DNA of 64,000 nucleotides. It comes from an uncultured Chthoniobacterales bacterium (GTDB lineage: Bacteria > Verrucomicrobiota > Verrucomicrobiia > Chthoniobacterales > SZAS-18). Numbering within the stretch: the stretch's first letter is position 1; each line of letters begins with the position of its first letter. Under the pieces are notes generated by a model, which was given only the letters and a program-made list of their open reading frames with translations, was not told the DNA's origin and ran no database searches. The position numbers and the translations under genes were made by a program. Shown piece after piece: positions 26,339-37,620 of the stretch. The stretch is taken from contig CAXTBX010000003.1 of NCBI GenBank assembly GCA_964242205.1, forward strand, positions 32,698 through 96,697. The letters are read 5' to 3'.

Positions 26339-28441
26339 ATGACCCCCGACTCAACAGCCGCCACGCCCGCCGCCCCGGTCCTCCCACCGGTGGGTGCGCG
26401 CCGCTTCCCGTCGCGCGGCGTCCTGGCGGCGGGCCTTCTGGCGGCCCTTTTCACGCTGCTCTGCGTGCAGTGGTCGTGGTCCTATGGACGCCTGTCCCAG
26501 GACGCGACCTACGACGATTGCACGTACATGTTCGACGCGGGCAAGCACCTGGAAGCCTTCTACGACGGCGGCCTGCGCGGCTTCCTGCGCGGCGAATGGA
26601 ACAACCCGCCGCACGCGCCGTTCTCGGACTTCGGCGCGGTCGTCGCCTTCGCCTTTTTCGGCCTGCACGACTGGGTGCCCTACGTCTGGGTCAACGGCCC
26701 GGTCATCTTCCTGCTGCTCCTCTTCGTCAACTACCTGGGCCGCGCCCTGCGCCTGCGGGTGCGTCTGCTCCTGATGGTCTTCACCCTGACGATCCCCCTC
26801 GTCGTCGAAACCGTCCACGAATACCGCCCCGATTACCCGGGTGCGGTCTTCACCGCGCTGGGCGTCTTCCTCGTCGCCGAGGCGGCCCTCTGCCGCACGG
26901 GCCGCGCGCGCGACAGCCAGTGGCTGCTCGGCGGTGTCTTCTTCGGCTGCGCGCTGCTGACCAAATCGGTCTTCTTCGTCCATACGCTGACGCTGGAATC
27001 CCTCACGGTTGGCGCGGCGGCAGCTTGGCTCGCCTGGCAGGCGCACCGGGCGGGGGACCCGTGGCGCGCCGCGCTCCGGCCCGCGTTCGGCGTCGTGGGG
27101 CGCGTCGTCCTGCCGAGTATCCTCCTGGCAGCCCCGTACTTCCTGATCAATTTTCACGAAACGTTCGGCTATTTCTACGATTTCGCCCTCGGCAAAAAGA
27201 GCCACATCTCCGAACTCAAGGGCGGCCTCGCGGTGTCGGCCTACTTCTACACGTTCGGCTACGCGGGTCAGTTGATCCTGGGCGGCAGCTTCTACGTGGG
27301 ACTCGTCTTCTACGCGCTGTGCGTGGGCGGCCTCCTGTGGCTGAAGAACTGGCGCGAACTCCTCTTGCAAGGCTTCCTCCTACTCGTGGCGGCGGTGTCG
27401 CTGGGCGGCATCATCCTCAACCACCGCGAGAACCAATACTTCGGCGCGCCCGCCGTCACGTTGCTGCTGTTCGCGCTGTTGCGGGCCGCCGTCGCCGTCT
27501 GGCCGCCGCTCTGCTCCGGCGCGTGGGGTGAACGGTGGGCGCTGGCGTTCCTGGCCGCCCTCTCCGTCGTGAGCTTGAGCCTGCTGGACCTCCATTACGT
27601 CTGGCCCTACTCCGTCCCGCCGCTGAACTACGTCGTCCACCGCGACCACAGCCTCAACCAGCGGATGCTCGACGACATCTGGCGCGAGGCCGGTTCCGGC
27701 GTCGCCCTGCCCGCCACGCTGCCGGTGGTGTTCGTGACCCGGGGCGGCGTGGTGTCCGCGCCCACGCTGCGCTGGTTGGCGATGCGCGCCGGACGCCCGC
27801 TCGTCTTTACTGACGTGGCCTTCGAGGAAAACCTGGACCTGTTCCGCCAGGGCCTCGCCGAAGCCACCTTCGTCGTCGCCCCCGAGGACAACGCGGCGGG
27901 TGTCTACAACCAGAACGCTGCCTGGGAATACCGTTTCGAGGTCGAGCGCCTCATCCTCGGCAACCCGAACCTGCGCCTGCTTTCCCGCTACCCCACCCAG
28001 CCCGGCGGCCCGGCGTACCGGGTTTTCGTCAACGATGAGCGGACCCTCCAGCAGTTCGGCGCGTTCGGCGATTTCCAGGCTTCGGAGGGCTTCATGCCGT
28101 GGGAGGGCCCTTATCCGCAGTGGCACCTGGGACGGGTGCGCTGGGCGGTCGGCCCGGGCAGCCGCTTCACGCTTCCGGCGGACGCGGCGGGCGCGGGCGT
28201 GCTGCGGTTCAGCGTCCGGGCCGACCAGCCGGTGCGTGCGAGCCTGCTGCTGCGCGGCGCGGCGGTCCTGCACCTCGACCTGCCGCAAAGCCCGGAGTTC
28301 CGGTCCTTCACCGTGCCGGTCAACCTGCAAATCGGTGCAAACGAGTTCACGCTGGTGTACGAAAATGAATTGGCGAAGGCCGCGGACGGTTTCCAGCGGG
28401 CGTTGCTCTTCCGTCAGTTGGAACTCCAACCCAAGCCTTGA
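26339..28441 (+). CDS. polytopic membrane protein, GT-C-like glycosyltransferase
   Basis: many TM segments, early YDD motif, EYRPD, C-terminal soluble domain. Confidence 0.62.
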   Translation: MTPDSTAATPAAPVLPPVGARRFPSRGVLAAGLLAALFTLLCVQWSWSYGRLSQDATYDDCTYMFDAGKHLEAFYDGGLRGFLRGEWNNPPHAPFSDFGAVVAFAFFGLHDWVPYVWVNGPVIFLLLLFVNYLGRALRLRVRLLLMVFTLTIPLVVETVHEYRPDYPGAVFTALGVFLVAEAALCRTGRARDSQWLLGGVFFGCALLTKSVFFVHTLTLESLTVGAAAAWLAWQAHRAGDPWRAALRPAFGVVGRVVLPSILLAAPYFLINFHETFGYFYDFALGKKSHISELKGGLAVSAYFYTFGYAGQLILGGSFYVGLVFYALCVGGLLWLKNWRELLLQGFLLLVAAVSLGGIILNHRENQYFGAPAVTLLLFALLRAAVAVWPPLCSGAWGERWALAFLAALSVVSLSLLDLHYVWPYSVPPLNYVVHRDHSLNQRMLDDIWREAGSGVALPATLPVVFVTRGGVVSAPTLRWLAMRAGRPLVFTDVAFEENLDLFRQGLAEATFVVAPEDNAAGVYNQNAAWEYRFEVERLILGNPNLRLLSRYPTQPGGPAYRVFVNDERTLQQFGAFGDFQASEGFMPWEGPYPQWHLGRVRWAVGPGSRFTLPADAAGAGVLRFSVRADQPVRASLLLRGAAVLHLDLPQSPEFRSFTVPVNLQIGANEFTLVYENELAKAADGFQRALLFRQLELQPKP

Positions 28442-28494
28442 CCAACCAAGGCAAAGTCAGCGGGATGGGGGCAGACAAAAAGGTCCCCGGTTGA

Positions 28495-28553
28495 TCTGCC
28501 TTCTGCCTTCTACCTTCTGCCTTCTACCTTCTGCCTTCTGCCTTCTGCCTTCA
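28495..28553 (+). repeat. heptamer tandem repeat (TTCTGCC/TTCTACC) x7 plus partial units
   Basis: read directly from sequence; ends just before the ATG at 28555. Confidence 0.9.
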
Positions 28554-28554
28554 G

Positions 28555-30834
28555 ATGAGACGCTCTTCCGCCTTCCTGCTCGCCTTCGCTATCATCGCCT
28601 TCCTGGTCGTCAACAGCGCGTCCTTTTTTCGGCAGCCTTACTACGAATTCTGGGACCTCGCGGCCAACTCACTCTCCGTCGGGCGCGCCAAGCATTTTAC
28701 CCAGCTCTACGGCCCGTATTCCCGTTATCTGTTCAACCATCCCGGCCCGGCGATCTTTTACTTTTCCGCGCTGGGCGAATGGTTGTTTTACGACCTCCTG
28801 CACGCCGTCCCTTCGCCGTTCCTCGGCCAGTTGCTCCTCAGCCTATGTCTGGTGACGGCGTTCTTCGTCGCGTCGTTGAACATGTTCGCTCACCGGTTGC
28901 CCCCGGGGCGGCGGTGGATCTTCGTCAGCACGGCGCTGGGCCTGGCGGTCTTGCACTTCGGCTCGACGGGCCGCCTGTCGTCGGTCTACAACCCGTTCGG
29001 CGGCCCGACGGCCTTCCTCGATCCCTGGTCGGGTCATTCCGTGGTGCTGCCCTTCCTGTGCCTGCTGGCGGCAGGGGCATCGGTGGGTTCGGGGCAGGGG
29101 CGCGACCTGCCTTGGCTGATCCTCGCGGGCGGCTGCCTGTTGGAGCACATCTCTGAGTCGCTTTTCGTCGGCGCGGTCGGCGTGGTCGCCTACCTCGGGC
29201 TGCTCTGGCACCACGCGTCCCGCCAGACGACATCGCTGACGTGGCGCGACCGGCTGCTCGCGCCGTGGCGGGCGCACCCCCGCGCGCACGCCCTGGCGGC
29301 GGTGTTTCTCGCCGTGTTGCTGCTGCCGATGCTCCTCGACCTCGCCAAGGGTAAACAGAGCAACCTCGCCGTCATCCTGCGTCATCTCCACGACCAGGAG
29401 AGCGACCGCCGGACCCTGGTTCGTTCCTTCGCCTACTTCCTTCAATTCGGCGCCTATGCGCCGTACAAGGCTGGGGCGGACTACTTTGGCTACTACAACG
29501 CGCGGGGTTTCCTGCTGTACGTCCAAGCCCACGCGGGGCAGTACGCGGTCTGGCTGTTGGTGCTTTTCCTGTGCCTCCGCGCCCCGCTCATGTACTTCCA
29601 GACCCGCCGGGCGCGCCGCGCCGGGACGGCGGCCCTGCCCGACGCCGCCGTGGACGACCAACGCTTCCTTGCCTGGGCGGCCCTGATCGCCGGTCTCGCC
29701 GTCGCGCTCGCGCTGTATTGGGGTACCCGGCAGGACGGCCAGATGTACTACTTCAACGCCTTTTCCAACTTCGCCATCTACTACTTCGGCGCGCTCGTTG
29801 CCCTGGCGGTAGTTTGCTCGTTGGACAAGCCCGGACGGATGCCGGACGCCCCGGCCCCCGACGCGGCGGTGGGGCAGGGGACCGTTGCCCGCTGGCTGCG
29901 GTTGGCCCTGCCGGCAGCAGGGGCGGGCGTGGTGATCCTGACGGCCCTGGTTTTCGCCGGTCACCTGCGGGTCCGTGACGTGTACGGCGCCGACCGCACC
30001 GCCGCCCTGCACGCGGGCGTCGAGCGCGCGGTGGCCGAGCTGCGGGCGAACCATCCGACGGCCTGTCCCGTGGTCTTTGCGCCGGACGACAAGTGGCCGG
30101 TGTCCGTCGGCATCGGTTTGCAGCTCGCCCGCGCCGGGGTGCCCTTCGTCGTGTCGGGCAAACGCTGGAAGAACACCTTCGGCCCGCGGTACGATTGGCA
30201 CGAGATGAACGCCGGCAAGCTGCGTGGCGGCTTCGTGCCGTGGTACGTCGCCGGTCCCGACCTGGCCTACCCGGGGCCCCCCAAGGATGCCCCGGTGATC
30301 CCACTCCGCAAAGACGCGGCCAGCGAGCCGACGGTTCTCGTCACAACCCCGCCCGCCCTCGACTTTGACGCCGACGGCACCTTTGACCTCGATTTCTCGA
30401 AAGACGGCAACTCCGACGCCTACCTCCTCGCGGGTTGGGCCACCCCGGACCCTGGTGGCAACTGGTCCGAGGATCCCTGGGCCGCGCTCGCCTTCCGCCC
30501 GCCCGCCGTCCAGGGGTCGGACGTGGAAATCCTCGTGGACGGCGAGCCGTTTCTGGCCCCCGCGCACGGGATCAAGCGCCAGCGGGTGCGGTGCTATTTC
30601 AACGGCGCGCTCCTCGGCCCCGAGCGCGAAATTTCCGGTGCCGGGACGATGCGCTTCACGGTCCCGGCGGACCTCTGGAACGACGCCGCCAATAACCCGG
30701 CCCCGGTGGCCTCCCTGGCCTTCGAGTTCCCGGATGCTACCGTCCCCTGGACCCTGGAACCCACCCTCAAGAAGGGCGACCCCCGCGCTCTTGCCATTTT
30801 CTTTCATAGAATCCGCTGGCGCGTGATTCGTTAG
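28555..30834 (+). CDS. polytopic membrane protein with C-terminal extracytoplasmic domain (possible GT-C)
   Basis: multiple TM segments; YSRYLFNHPGP motif. Confidence 0.6.
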   Translation: MRRSSAFLLAFAIIAFLVVNSASFFRQPYYEFWDLAANSLSVGRAKHFTQLYGPYSRYLFNHPGPAIFYFSALGEWLFYDLLHAVPSPFLGQLLLSLCLVTAFFVASLNMFAHRLPPGRRWIFVSTALGLAVLHFGSTGRLSSVYNPFGGPTAFLDPWSGHSVVLPFLCLLAAGASVGSGQGRDLPWLILAGGCLLEHISESLFVGAVGVVAYLGLLWHHASRQTTSLTWRDRLLAPWRAHPRAHALAAVFLAVLLLPMLLDLAKGKQSNLAVILRHLHDQESDRRTLVRSFAYFLQFGAYAPYKAGADYFGYYNARGFLLYVQAHAGQYAVWLLVLFLCLRAPLMYFQTRRARRAGTAALPDAAVDDQRFLAWAALIAGLAVALALYWGTRQDGQMYYFNAFSNFAIYYFGALVALAVVCSLDKPGRMPDAPAPDAAVGQGTVARWLRLALPAAGAGVVILTALVFAGHLRVRDVYGADRTAALHAGVERAVAELRANHPTACPVVFAPDDKWPVSVGIGLQLARAGVPFVVSGKRWKNTFGPRYDWHEMNAGKLRGGFVPWYVAGPDLAYPGPPKDAPVIPLRKDAASEPTVLVTTPPALDFDADGTFDLDFSKDGNSDAYLLAGWATPDPGGNWSEDPWAALAFRPPAVQGSDVEILVDGEPFLAPAHGIKRQRVRCYFNGALLGPEREISGAGTMRFTVPADLWNDAANNPAPVASLAFEFPDATVPWTLEPTLKKGDPRALAIFFHRIRWRVIR

Positions 30835-30948
30835 ACCTCTTTCACCGCAGATGCCTTTTTCCCAACTGGGGTTGGCGTCTCGGCCACCGCGCCGGGCTCT
30901 TGCCCGGTGCTTTTTGCTGCTTCAACTCCGAGCAACGGTATGACGCCC

Positions 30949-31707
30949 TCAGAGCCGCACCGAATTCAACGCCAACCTCTGGCGGAAATAATACCCTAAC
31001 GTCTCCAACGCGTTGCGAATCGCCTTCTGCGACACGGAATTGGACGGCGCGCGGTAATGGATCGGCACTTCCGCGAACCGGTGCTTGCGCATCAGATAGC
31101 GCAGCTCCGTCTGGTAAAAATGCGCCCGCGACCGCAACGGATAATTCAACAGCGCGCCGACCACGTTGCGGTGAAACCCCTGGAAACCGCTCGTCATGTC
31201 GTCCATCGTCGTGCCCAGCAGCCAGTTGCTCAAAAACGTGCCCGTGCGCGAGAGCAGCCGCCGCTTGATCGGGCTGTCCGCCATCGACCCGCCGTTGCAG
31301 AACCGGCTGCCGAACGCGCATTCGTTGCCCTCGTTGAGCACCCGCAGGAACATCGGCAGCGCGCGCGGATCGTGGCTCAGCCCGCCGTCCATCTCGATGA
31401 TGATCTCGTGTCCGGCGTCGTAGGCCACCCGGAACCCGCGCATGTATGCGTCGACGACGTTGCGGTTCTCCGGTGCCCAGACCGTCACGAAACGCCCGTC
31501 TTGCGTCGACAGACTTTCGCAGAGTTCGCGCGTGTTGTCCTTCGACGCGTTGTCCACGATGAAGTACACCTTGCCGCACGCCAGCCGGTCGAGCACGGGC
31601 CGCAAGACGCCGATGAACTCGGCGAAGTCGGGCGCCTCGTTGGCCATGGGGATGACGACGGACCAGTCGGTGGAATAGGGCATGGTAGGAGCGGGACCGG
31701 GATTCAT
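30949..31707 (-). CDS. GT2 polyprenol-phosphate glycosyltransferase (DPM-synthase-like)
   Basis: VVIPMANE, VDNASKD, EMDGGLSH, DMTSGF; start may be 31683. Confidence 0.82.
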   Translation of the reverse strand: MNPGPAPTMPYSTDWSVVIPMANEAPDFAEFIGVLRPVLDRLACGKVYFIVDNASKDNTRELCESLSTQDGRFVTVWAPENRNVVDAYMRGFRVAYDAGHEIIIEMDGGLSHDPRALPMFLRVLNEGNECAFGSRFCNGGSMADSPIKRRLLSRTGTFLSNWLLGTTMDDMTSGFQGFHRNVVGALLNYPLRSRAHFYQTELRYLMRKHRFAEVPIHYRAPSNSVSQKAIRNALETLGYYFRQRLALNSVRL

Positions 31708-31854
31708 GTCGGGTGCGAAAGCATAAAGACCCGGCACCGATTCAACCCCGGAACCACGGCCAGATTTGTCAATTACCGGGCGCCGGACGGTCGCGTTTCG
31801 GCGCCCGGCGGCAGAAGGCGTCCGATAAAACCGCAGGTCGCCCCCGCCGTCAAA

Positions 31855-33051
31855 TCAAAACCGACCCTCGCCCGCCGCCGTTTGAGCAATCATCCGGTAA
31901 AACCTCGCCAGCTTGCGCGCGTTGGCCGCCGGGTCAAAGTGCCGCCGGGCAAATCCCGCCGCGCCCTCCGCCAGCCGCCGCGCCAGCCGCGCGTCGGCGA
32001 ACACCCGGCGGCAGCACGCGGCAATTTCTTCCGCCGCGCCCGTCTCCAGCAGCAGCGCCTCGCGCTCCGGCTCGACCCTGCTTCCCACGTTGGTCCGGGG
32101 CAGGATCACGGGCCGACCCGACGCCAGGAACTCCGGCAGTTTGGACGGCAACCGGTAGCGGTTGAACGCGTTGTCCTCGCCCGGCTGCACCAGCACGTCG
32201 GCCAACCTCAAGAGCCCGGGCAACCGCTCCCGCGCGACGAACCCCAGGTGCAGGACGTGCCGCGCCAACTCGTCCGGCGCGAACCGCCCCGCGAAATCGA
32301 CTGTGTCCAACCCCGTGCGGAGCAACCGGCACGGCGTCCCCGTCCGGTTGAGCAGGAACACGGCCTCGTAGAGGCTCTGCAATTCCCGGTCGTTGGCGAA
32401 ATGGCTGTTGCCGGGATAACAAATCACTTTCTCCTCGTCCCCGAGGCCCAGCGACGCGCGCAGACCAGCGTCCGGCGGGCCGGGATAATACTGCGCGAAA
32501 TCAACCCCCGGCCAAAGTTCGACGAACGGCGCGTCGGGCGGCGCGAAATCCTGCAACGCCGCGACGATCCCTGTCACGCCATCCGCGCGTGCCAGAAACC
32601 GCGGTGCCTCCACGGGATGCGCGAGGTGCACCGGCAACTGCGCCGCCAACTCCACCACCGACCACCCCTGGACTTCGCCCGCCGCTCCGCCCAGCGCCAG
32701 CGCGGTCAGATGTTCCTCGTTGTCCTCCAGATGCACGGCCAACCGCACCTGCGGCATGGCCTCCCGGCAGCGTTCGACGGCCCGGCGCACGTGTTCGCGC
32801 GGCGTCCACGCGTGGATTACGTCCGCGCCCCGGCCATCGGGAAAAAGCGTCTCGCCGCGCTCCCAGGTCTCCACGAATAGCACCGGGCGGAACGGCGGCG
32901 CGTCCCCCAGCGCCGCGACGCTCTGACGGTCATCCCCCGGAATCGCGGCAGCGCATGCGAACCCTAACTCCCGCAACCCCGCCGCAAATCCCGCGATGTG
33001 GCCCATGCTGTTCGAGGCGAAGTCCGCGTGGCAGAAAAAGAGGACATTCAT
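31855..33051 (-). CDS. GT4 glycosyltransferase
   Basis: YRLPSKLPEFLASGRPVI; start MNVLFF. Confidence 0.85.
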   Translation of the reverse strand: MNVLFFCHADFASNSMGHIAGFAAGLRELGFACAAAIPGDDRQSVAALGDAPPFRPVLFVETWERGETLFPDGRGADVIHAWTPREHVRRAVERCREAMPQVRLAVHLEDNEEHLTALALGGAAGEVQGWSVVELAAQLPVHLAHPVEAPRFLARADGVTGIVAALQDFAPPDAPFVELWPGVDFAQYYPGPPDAGLRASLGLGDEEKVICYPGNSHFANDRELQSLYEAVFLLNRTGTPCRLLRTGLDTVDFAGRFAPDELARHVLHLGFVARERLPGLLRLADVLVQPGEDNAFNRYRLPSKLPEFLASGRPVILPRTNVGSRVEPEREALLLETGAAEEIAACCRRVFADARLARRLAEGAAGFARRHFDPAANARKLARFYRMIAQTAAGEGRF

Positions 33052-33124
33052 CCTCCGAACCTTATACCGATTACCGGGCGGCTGCCTCGCGCCGAAAAAT
33101 TCTCGATAAACCTGCAAGATTTGC

Positions 33125-33152
33125 TTGCGGCCCTCCAAAAACCCCCTACATT
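33125..33152 (+). promoter_or_regulatory. candidate sigma70-type promoter of the str operon
   Basis: TTGCGG-16 bp-TACATT upstream of rpsL. Confidence 0.4.
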
Positions 33153-33286
33153 GCCCGCTCCCTGAGTGGTGAAGTCCACCTGTTCCCGCTGGCTGTCCAG
33201 CGGGACTTTTTATCGTCGCCGTCCGCCGCCTGTTTGCTTCGGACCGCATCGATGGACTCCCCTTAAGAAGCCCATTTTTCAAGACC

Positions 33287-33712
33287 ATGCCCACGATTAA
33301 CCAGTTGGTCCGTAAAGGACGCACCAAAGTCAAGGTGAAGTCCAAGTCGCCCGCCCTGATGAATTGCCCTCAGCGCCGTGGCGTTTGCGTGCAGGTGATG
33401 ACCCGCACCCCTAAGAAGCCCAACTCGGCGCTGCGCAAGGTCGCCAAGGTTCGTCTGACGAACGGTCAGGAAGTGATCGCCTACATTCCGGGCGAGGGAC
33501 ACAATCTTCAGGAACACAGCATCGTGCTGGTGCGCGGCGGCAAGGTCAAGGACCTGCCGGGCGTGCGTTACCACATCGTGCGCGGCACGCTCGACAGCCA
33601 GGGCGTGGACAAGCGCCGCCGTGGCCGTTCCAAGTACGGCGCGAAGCGTCCGAAGCCCGGCGCGGCCACCGACGCCAAGGGCGGCAAAGGTGCCCCCAAA
33701 GGCAAAAAATAA
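33287..33712 (+). CDS. rpsL: 30S ribosomal protein S12
   Basis: [21 protein letters not shown]. Confidence 0.99.
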   Translation: MPTINQLVRKGRTKVKVKSKSPALMNCPQRRGVCVQVMTRTPKKPNSALRKVAKVRLTNGQEVIAYIPGEGHNLQEHSIVLVRGGKVKDLPGVRYHIVRGTLDSQGVDKRRRGRSKYGAKRPKPGAATDAKGGKGAPKGKK

Positions 33713-33776
33713 GTAAATCGCCGTCGCCGCCTTTACTTCCGCACCCTGACTTTCCACTTCCAACTTTCTTAAGCAA

Positions 33777-34250
33777 ATGTCCCGCCGCCGCCGCGTCCAC
33801 AAAAAGCCCGAGCGCCTCGATGCCCAGTACGCCTCCCCCGTGGTGGCTCAACTGATTTCCACCGTCATGCAGGACGGTAAGAAATCCACCGCCGAGCGCA
33901 TCGTCTACGGTGCCATTGAAAAGAGCCGCGAGAACACCGACGCGGTCGATCCGCTCGATGTGCTCCATCGCGCGCTCGACAACGTGCGTCCCCGTCTGGA
34001 GGTCAAGAGCCGCCGCGTCGGTGGCGCGACCTACCAGGTGCCCATCGAAGTTTCGCCCGAGCGCCAGACCAGCCTCGCCATGCGCTGGCTCGTCGGTTAC
34101 GCCAGCGGCCGCCGCGGCATTGGCTTGGTAGACGCGCTTGCCAACGAGATCAAGGATGCTGCCAACGGTCAGGGCAACGCCATCAAGAAGCGCGACGACA
34201 CCCACCGCATGGCCCAGGCCAACCGCGCCTTCGCCCACTTCCGCTACTAA
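33777..34250 (+). CDS. rpsG: 30S ribosomal protein S7
   Basis: [25 protein letters not shown]. Confidence 0.99.
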   Translation: MSRRRRVHKKPERLDAQYASPVVAQLISTVMQDGKKSTAERIVYGAIEKSRENTDAVDPLDVLHRALDNVRPRLEVKSRRVGGATYQVPIEVSPERQTSLAMRWLVGYASGRRGIGLVDALANEIKDAANGQGNAIKKRDDTHRMAQANRAFAHFRY

Positions 34251-34317
34251 TTTCTAAAACAACCGTGCCCGGTGTGAAAGCCGGGCACTCTTGTCTCCCG
34301 AACCTTTCTTCAATTTT

Positions 34318-36495
34318 ATGGCAGCTACGTTAGAAGCCAAGAAGCCCGCCGCGGGCAACCCGAACAGTCCGAACCGCGCGTTCCCGATGGAACGCACGCG
34401 CAATATCGGCATCGCCGCGCACATCGACGCCGGCAAGACCACGCTCACCGAGCGCATCCTGTTTTACACCGGCGCGATTCATCGCATCGGCGAGGTGCAC
34501 GAAGGCACCACTGTCACCGACTGGATGGAGCAGGAACGTGAACGCGGTATCACGATCACTTCCGCTGCCACGACGTGTTCGTGGAAGCAGCTCAAGCAGG
34601 AAGGCGTCTTCAAGATGTATGAAGACCAGCAGATGAGGGTTAACATCATCGACACCCCCGGCCACGTGGATTTCACGGCCGAGGTGGAGCGCTCGCTCCG
34701 CGTGCTCGACGGTGCCATCGCCGTGTTTGACGCGGTGGCCGCCGTGCAGCCGCAGTCCGAGACCGTCTGGCGTCAGGCGAACAAGTATAAGGTGCCCCGC
34801 ATCGGTTTCGTCAACAAGATGGACCGCATCGGCGCGAATTTCGAGAATTGCATCGAGGAAATGCGCAAAAAGCTGGGTGCGAACGCCTGGCCGATCCTGA
34901 TTCCCATCGGAAAGGAAGATTACCTCAAGGGCCAGATCGACGTGGTCAACCAGAAGGCCATCGTCTACGTGGACGACAACACGATGGGATCGACCTACAA
35001 CGTCGAGGAAATCCCTGCCGAGTTAAAGGACGCTGCGGAATCCGCTTATCTGGATCTCGTCAGCGCGATCTCCGATCTCGACGACGAAATCGGTATGCTC
35101 TTCCTCGAAGAAAAGCCGATCAGCAAGGAACAGCTCAAGGCTGGCATCCGCCGCCAAACCATCGCCAACAAGTTTGTCCCGGTGGCCGGTGGTTCCGCCT
35201 TCAAGAACAAGGGCGTGCAGTATCTCCTCGACGCTGTGGTGGACTACCTGCCCGGTCCGTTGGACATCCCGCCCGCCAAGGGCTTGGACCCCGACAATCT
35301 GGAGAACCACCTTGAGGCTCTCTCCGACGATAACGCCAATTTCTGCTCGCTGGCGTTTAAGCTCTGGAGTGATCCCTTTGTCGGCAAGCTTGTGTTCTTC
35401 CGCGTTTACAGCGGCAAGCTATCCAAGGGCGACACCGTGCTGAACCCGCGTACGAACAAACGCGAGCGCATCAGCCGCATCATCCAGATTCAGGCCGACA
35501 AGCGCGAGGACATCGACACCTGCTATTCGGGCGACATCGCGGCCATCGTCGGCATTAAGAACATCACCACGGGTGACACGCTTTGCAACGAAGACCACGG
35601 CATCTTGCTCGAACCTCCCTCGTTCCCCGACCCGGTCATCAGTATGGCCATCGAACCGAAGACGAAAGTCGATCAGGAAAAGATGGGCAACGCGCTCCAG
35701 CGTCTTTCCGAAGAAGATCCGACCTTCCGTGTCTTCACCAATGTGGACACCGGCCAGACGATCATCGCGGGCATGGGTGAGTTGCACCTCGAGATCATCC
35801 GCGACCGCATGTTGCGCGAGTTCAAGGTGGACGCGAACAGCGGCAAGCCGCAGATCGCCTACCGCGAGACCATCACCGCCAACGCCCCCGGCGAAGGCAA
35901 GCTCATCAAGCAGTCCGGTGGTCGCGGTCAGTACGGCCATGTCATCGTCGCCGTACAGCCCAACGAGCGCGGCAAAGGTATCACCATCGAAAACAAGGTC
36001 GTCGGTGGCACGATTCCTAAGGAATACATCCCCGCCGTCAAGAAGGGCATCGAAGAGGCCGTGCTTAACGGCGTCGTCGGCGGCTACCCGGTGGTGGACG
36101 TGAACGTCGACATCATCGACGGCTCCTACCACGACGTGGACTCCAACGAAATGGCGTTCAAGCTCGCGGCGATCTTTGCGGTCAAAGACGGTTTCAAGAA
36201 GGCCAAGGCCATCTTGCTCGAACCCATCATGAAGGTGGAAGTCGAGACGCCGGAAGATTACCAGGGCGACATCATGGGCGACTTGAGCCGCCGCCGCGCC
36301 CAGCTCAACGGCACCGAACTTAAATCCGTGAACATTTCGGTCCAGGCCGACGTGCCGCTGGCCGAAATGTTTGGTTACGCCACCGCTATCCGCTCGCTCT
36401 CCAAGGGCCGCGCTTCTTACACGATGGAACCCAGCCACTTCGCGCAGGTTCCTGCCAACGTCCTCGCAGCAGTACTCGACCAGAAGGAAAAGTAA
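34318..36495 (+). CDS. fusA: elongation factor G
   Basis: [26 protein letters not shown]. Confidence 0.99.
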   Translation: MAATLEAKKPAAGNPNSPNRAFPMERTRNIGIAAHIDAGKTTLTERILFYTGAIHRIGEVHEGTTVTDWMEQERERGITITSAATTCSWKQLKQEGVFKMYEDQQMRVNIIDTPGHVDFTAEVERSLRVLDGAIAVFDAVAAVQPQSETVWRQANKYKVPRIGFVNKMDRIGANFENCIEEMRKKLGANAWPILIPIGKEDYLKGQIDVVNQKAIVYVDDNTMGSTYNVEEIPAELKDAAESAYLDLVSAISDLDDEIGMLFLEEKPISKEQLKAGIRRQTIANKFVPVAGGSAFKNKGVQYLLDAVVDYLPGPLDIPPAKGLDPDNLENHLEALSDDNANFCSLAFKLWSDPFVGKLVFFRVYSGKLSKGDTVLNPRTNKRERISRIIQIQADKREDIDTCYSGDIAAIVGIKNITTGDTLCNEDHGILLEPPSFPDPVISMAIEPKTKVDQEKMGNALQRLSEEDPTFRVFTNVDTGQTIIAGMGELHLEIIRDRMLREFKVDANSGKPQIAYRETITANAPGEGKLIKQSGGRGQYGHVIVAVQPNERGKGITIENKVVGGTIPKEYIPAVKKGIEEAVLNGVVGGYPVVDVNVDIIDGSYHDVDSNEMAFKLAAIFAVKDGFKKAKAILLEPIMKVEVETPEDYQGDIMGDLSRRRAQLNGTELKSVNISVQADVPLAEMFGYATAIRSLSKGRASYTMEPSHFAQVPANVLAAVLDQKEK

Positions 36496-36530
36496 AACCT
36501 TCCGACTTCCCACTTCCGACTTTTCTTATC

Positions 36531-36842
36531 ATGGCTAACGGACAACGCATTCGCATCCGCCTCAAAGGTTTCGACCACCGGATGCTCGACCAGTCTTCAG
36601 TCGAGATCGTGGAAACGGCCAAGCGCACGGGCGCCAAGGTCGCCGGCCCGATCCCTCTGCCGACGCAGATCGAAAAATTCACCGTCAACCGCTCCCCGCA
36701 CGTCGACAAAAAGTCGATGGAGCAGTTCGAGATTCGTACCCACAAGCGTTTGCTCGACATCATCGAGCCGACCGCCAAGACCGTCGATGAGCTGAAGAAA
36801 CTAAATCTTCCGGCGGGCGTTGACATCACCATCAAGATCTGA
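36531..36842 (+). CDS. rpsJ: 30S ribosomal protein S10
   Basis: [21 protein letters not shown]. Confidence 0.99.
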   Translation: MANGQRIRIRLKGFDHRMLDQSSVEIVETAKRTGAKVAGPIPLPTQIEKFTVNRSPHVDKKSMEQFEIRTHKRLLDIIEPTAKTVDELKKLNLPAGVDITIKI

Positions 36843-36878
36843 TAGGGGTACCGCCCCTCACAAATACCTTCCTCTACT

Positions 36879-37592
36879 ATGAGCATCGGAATCATCGGTA
36901 AGAAGGTCGGCATGACGCGCATCTACGATGCGGCGGGCAAGCTGACCCCTGTCACCGTCATCGCCGCCCAGGACAACGTCTTGGTTCAGCGTAAGACCGT
37001 CGAGATCGACGGCTACAGCGCCATTCAGGTCGGCTTTGACAAACAGCTCAAGCAGCGTCTCACCAAAGGCGAACTCGGTCACTTGGACAAGGCAGGCGTC
37101 GAGCCCAAGAAGCACCTGCGCGAGTTTCGCCCCAAGAACGGCGAACTCGACGGAACTCTTAACCTGTCAGTCACCCAGTTCGAGGTTGGCCAGTACGTCG
37201 ACGTGAGCGGTCGCTCCAAAGGCAAGGGCTTCATGGGCGTCATGCGCAAGCACAACTTCGACGGTCAGGGCGCTGCGCACGGTTCCAAGACCCACCGCCG
37301 CAACGGCTCCATCGGCTGCCGTTCCACCCCGGGCCGCATCTGGAAGAACCAGGGCATGCCGGGCCACATGGGTGACCAGGAATGCACGACGCAGAACCTC
37401 GTGGTCATGCAGGTCCGCGAGTCCGACGGCGCGATCCTCATCTCGGGTGCCATTCCCGGTGCGAAGGGCTGCTACGTGGAAGTCCGCCCCGCCGTCAAGA
37501 AGCTCCAGAGCGTGCGTTCGACCTTCGGCATCAAAGCCGTCGATCCGTCCGACAAGAAACAGGTCAACCCGGCCAAGAAGAACAAGAAATAG
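36879..37592 (+). CDS. rplC: 50S ribosomal protein L3
   Basis: GKKVGMT, SKGKGF, PGHMG. Confidence 0.99.
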   Translation: MSIGIIGKKVGMTRIYDAAGKLTPVTVIAAQDNVLVQRKTVEIDGYSAIQVGFDKQLKQRLTKGELGHLDKAGVEPKKHLREFRPKNGELDGTLNLSVTQFEVGQYVDVSGRSKGKGFMGVMRKHNFDGQGAAHGSKTHRRNGSIGCRSTPGRIWKNQGMPGHMGDQECTTQNLVVMQVRESDGAILISGAIPGAKGCYVEVRPAVKKLQSVRSTFGIKAVDPSDKKQVNPAKKNKK

Positions 37593-37620
37593 TCCAGGCC
37601 TTTAGCCGGAATTGATTACC

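Noticed and set aside
33287-33712. streptomycin-resistance allele of rpsL
   Set aside because: The TPKKPNS and VKDLPG motifs look wild type.
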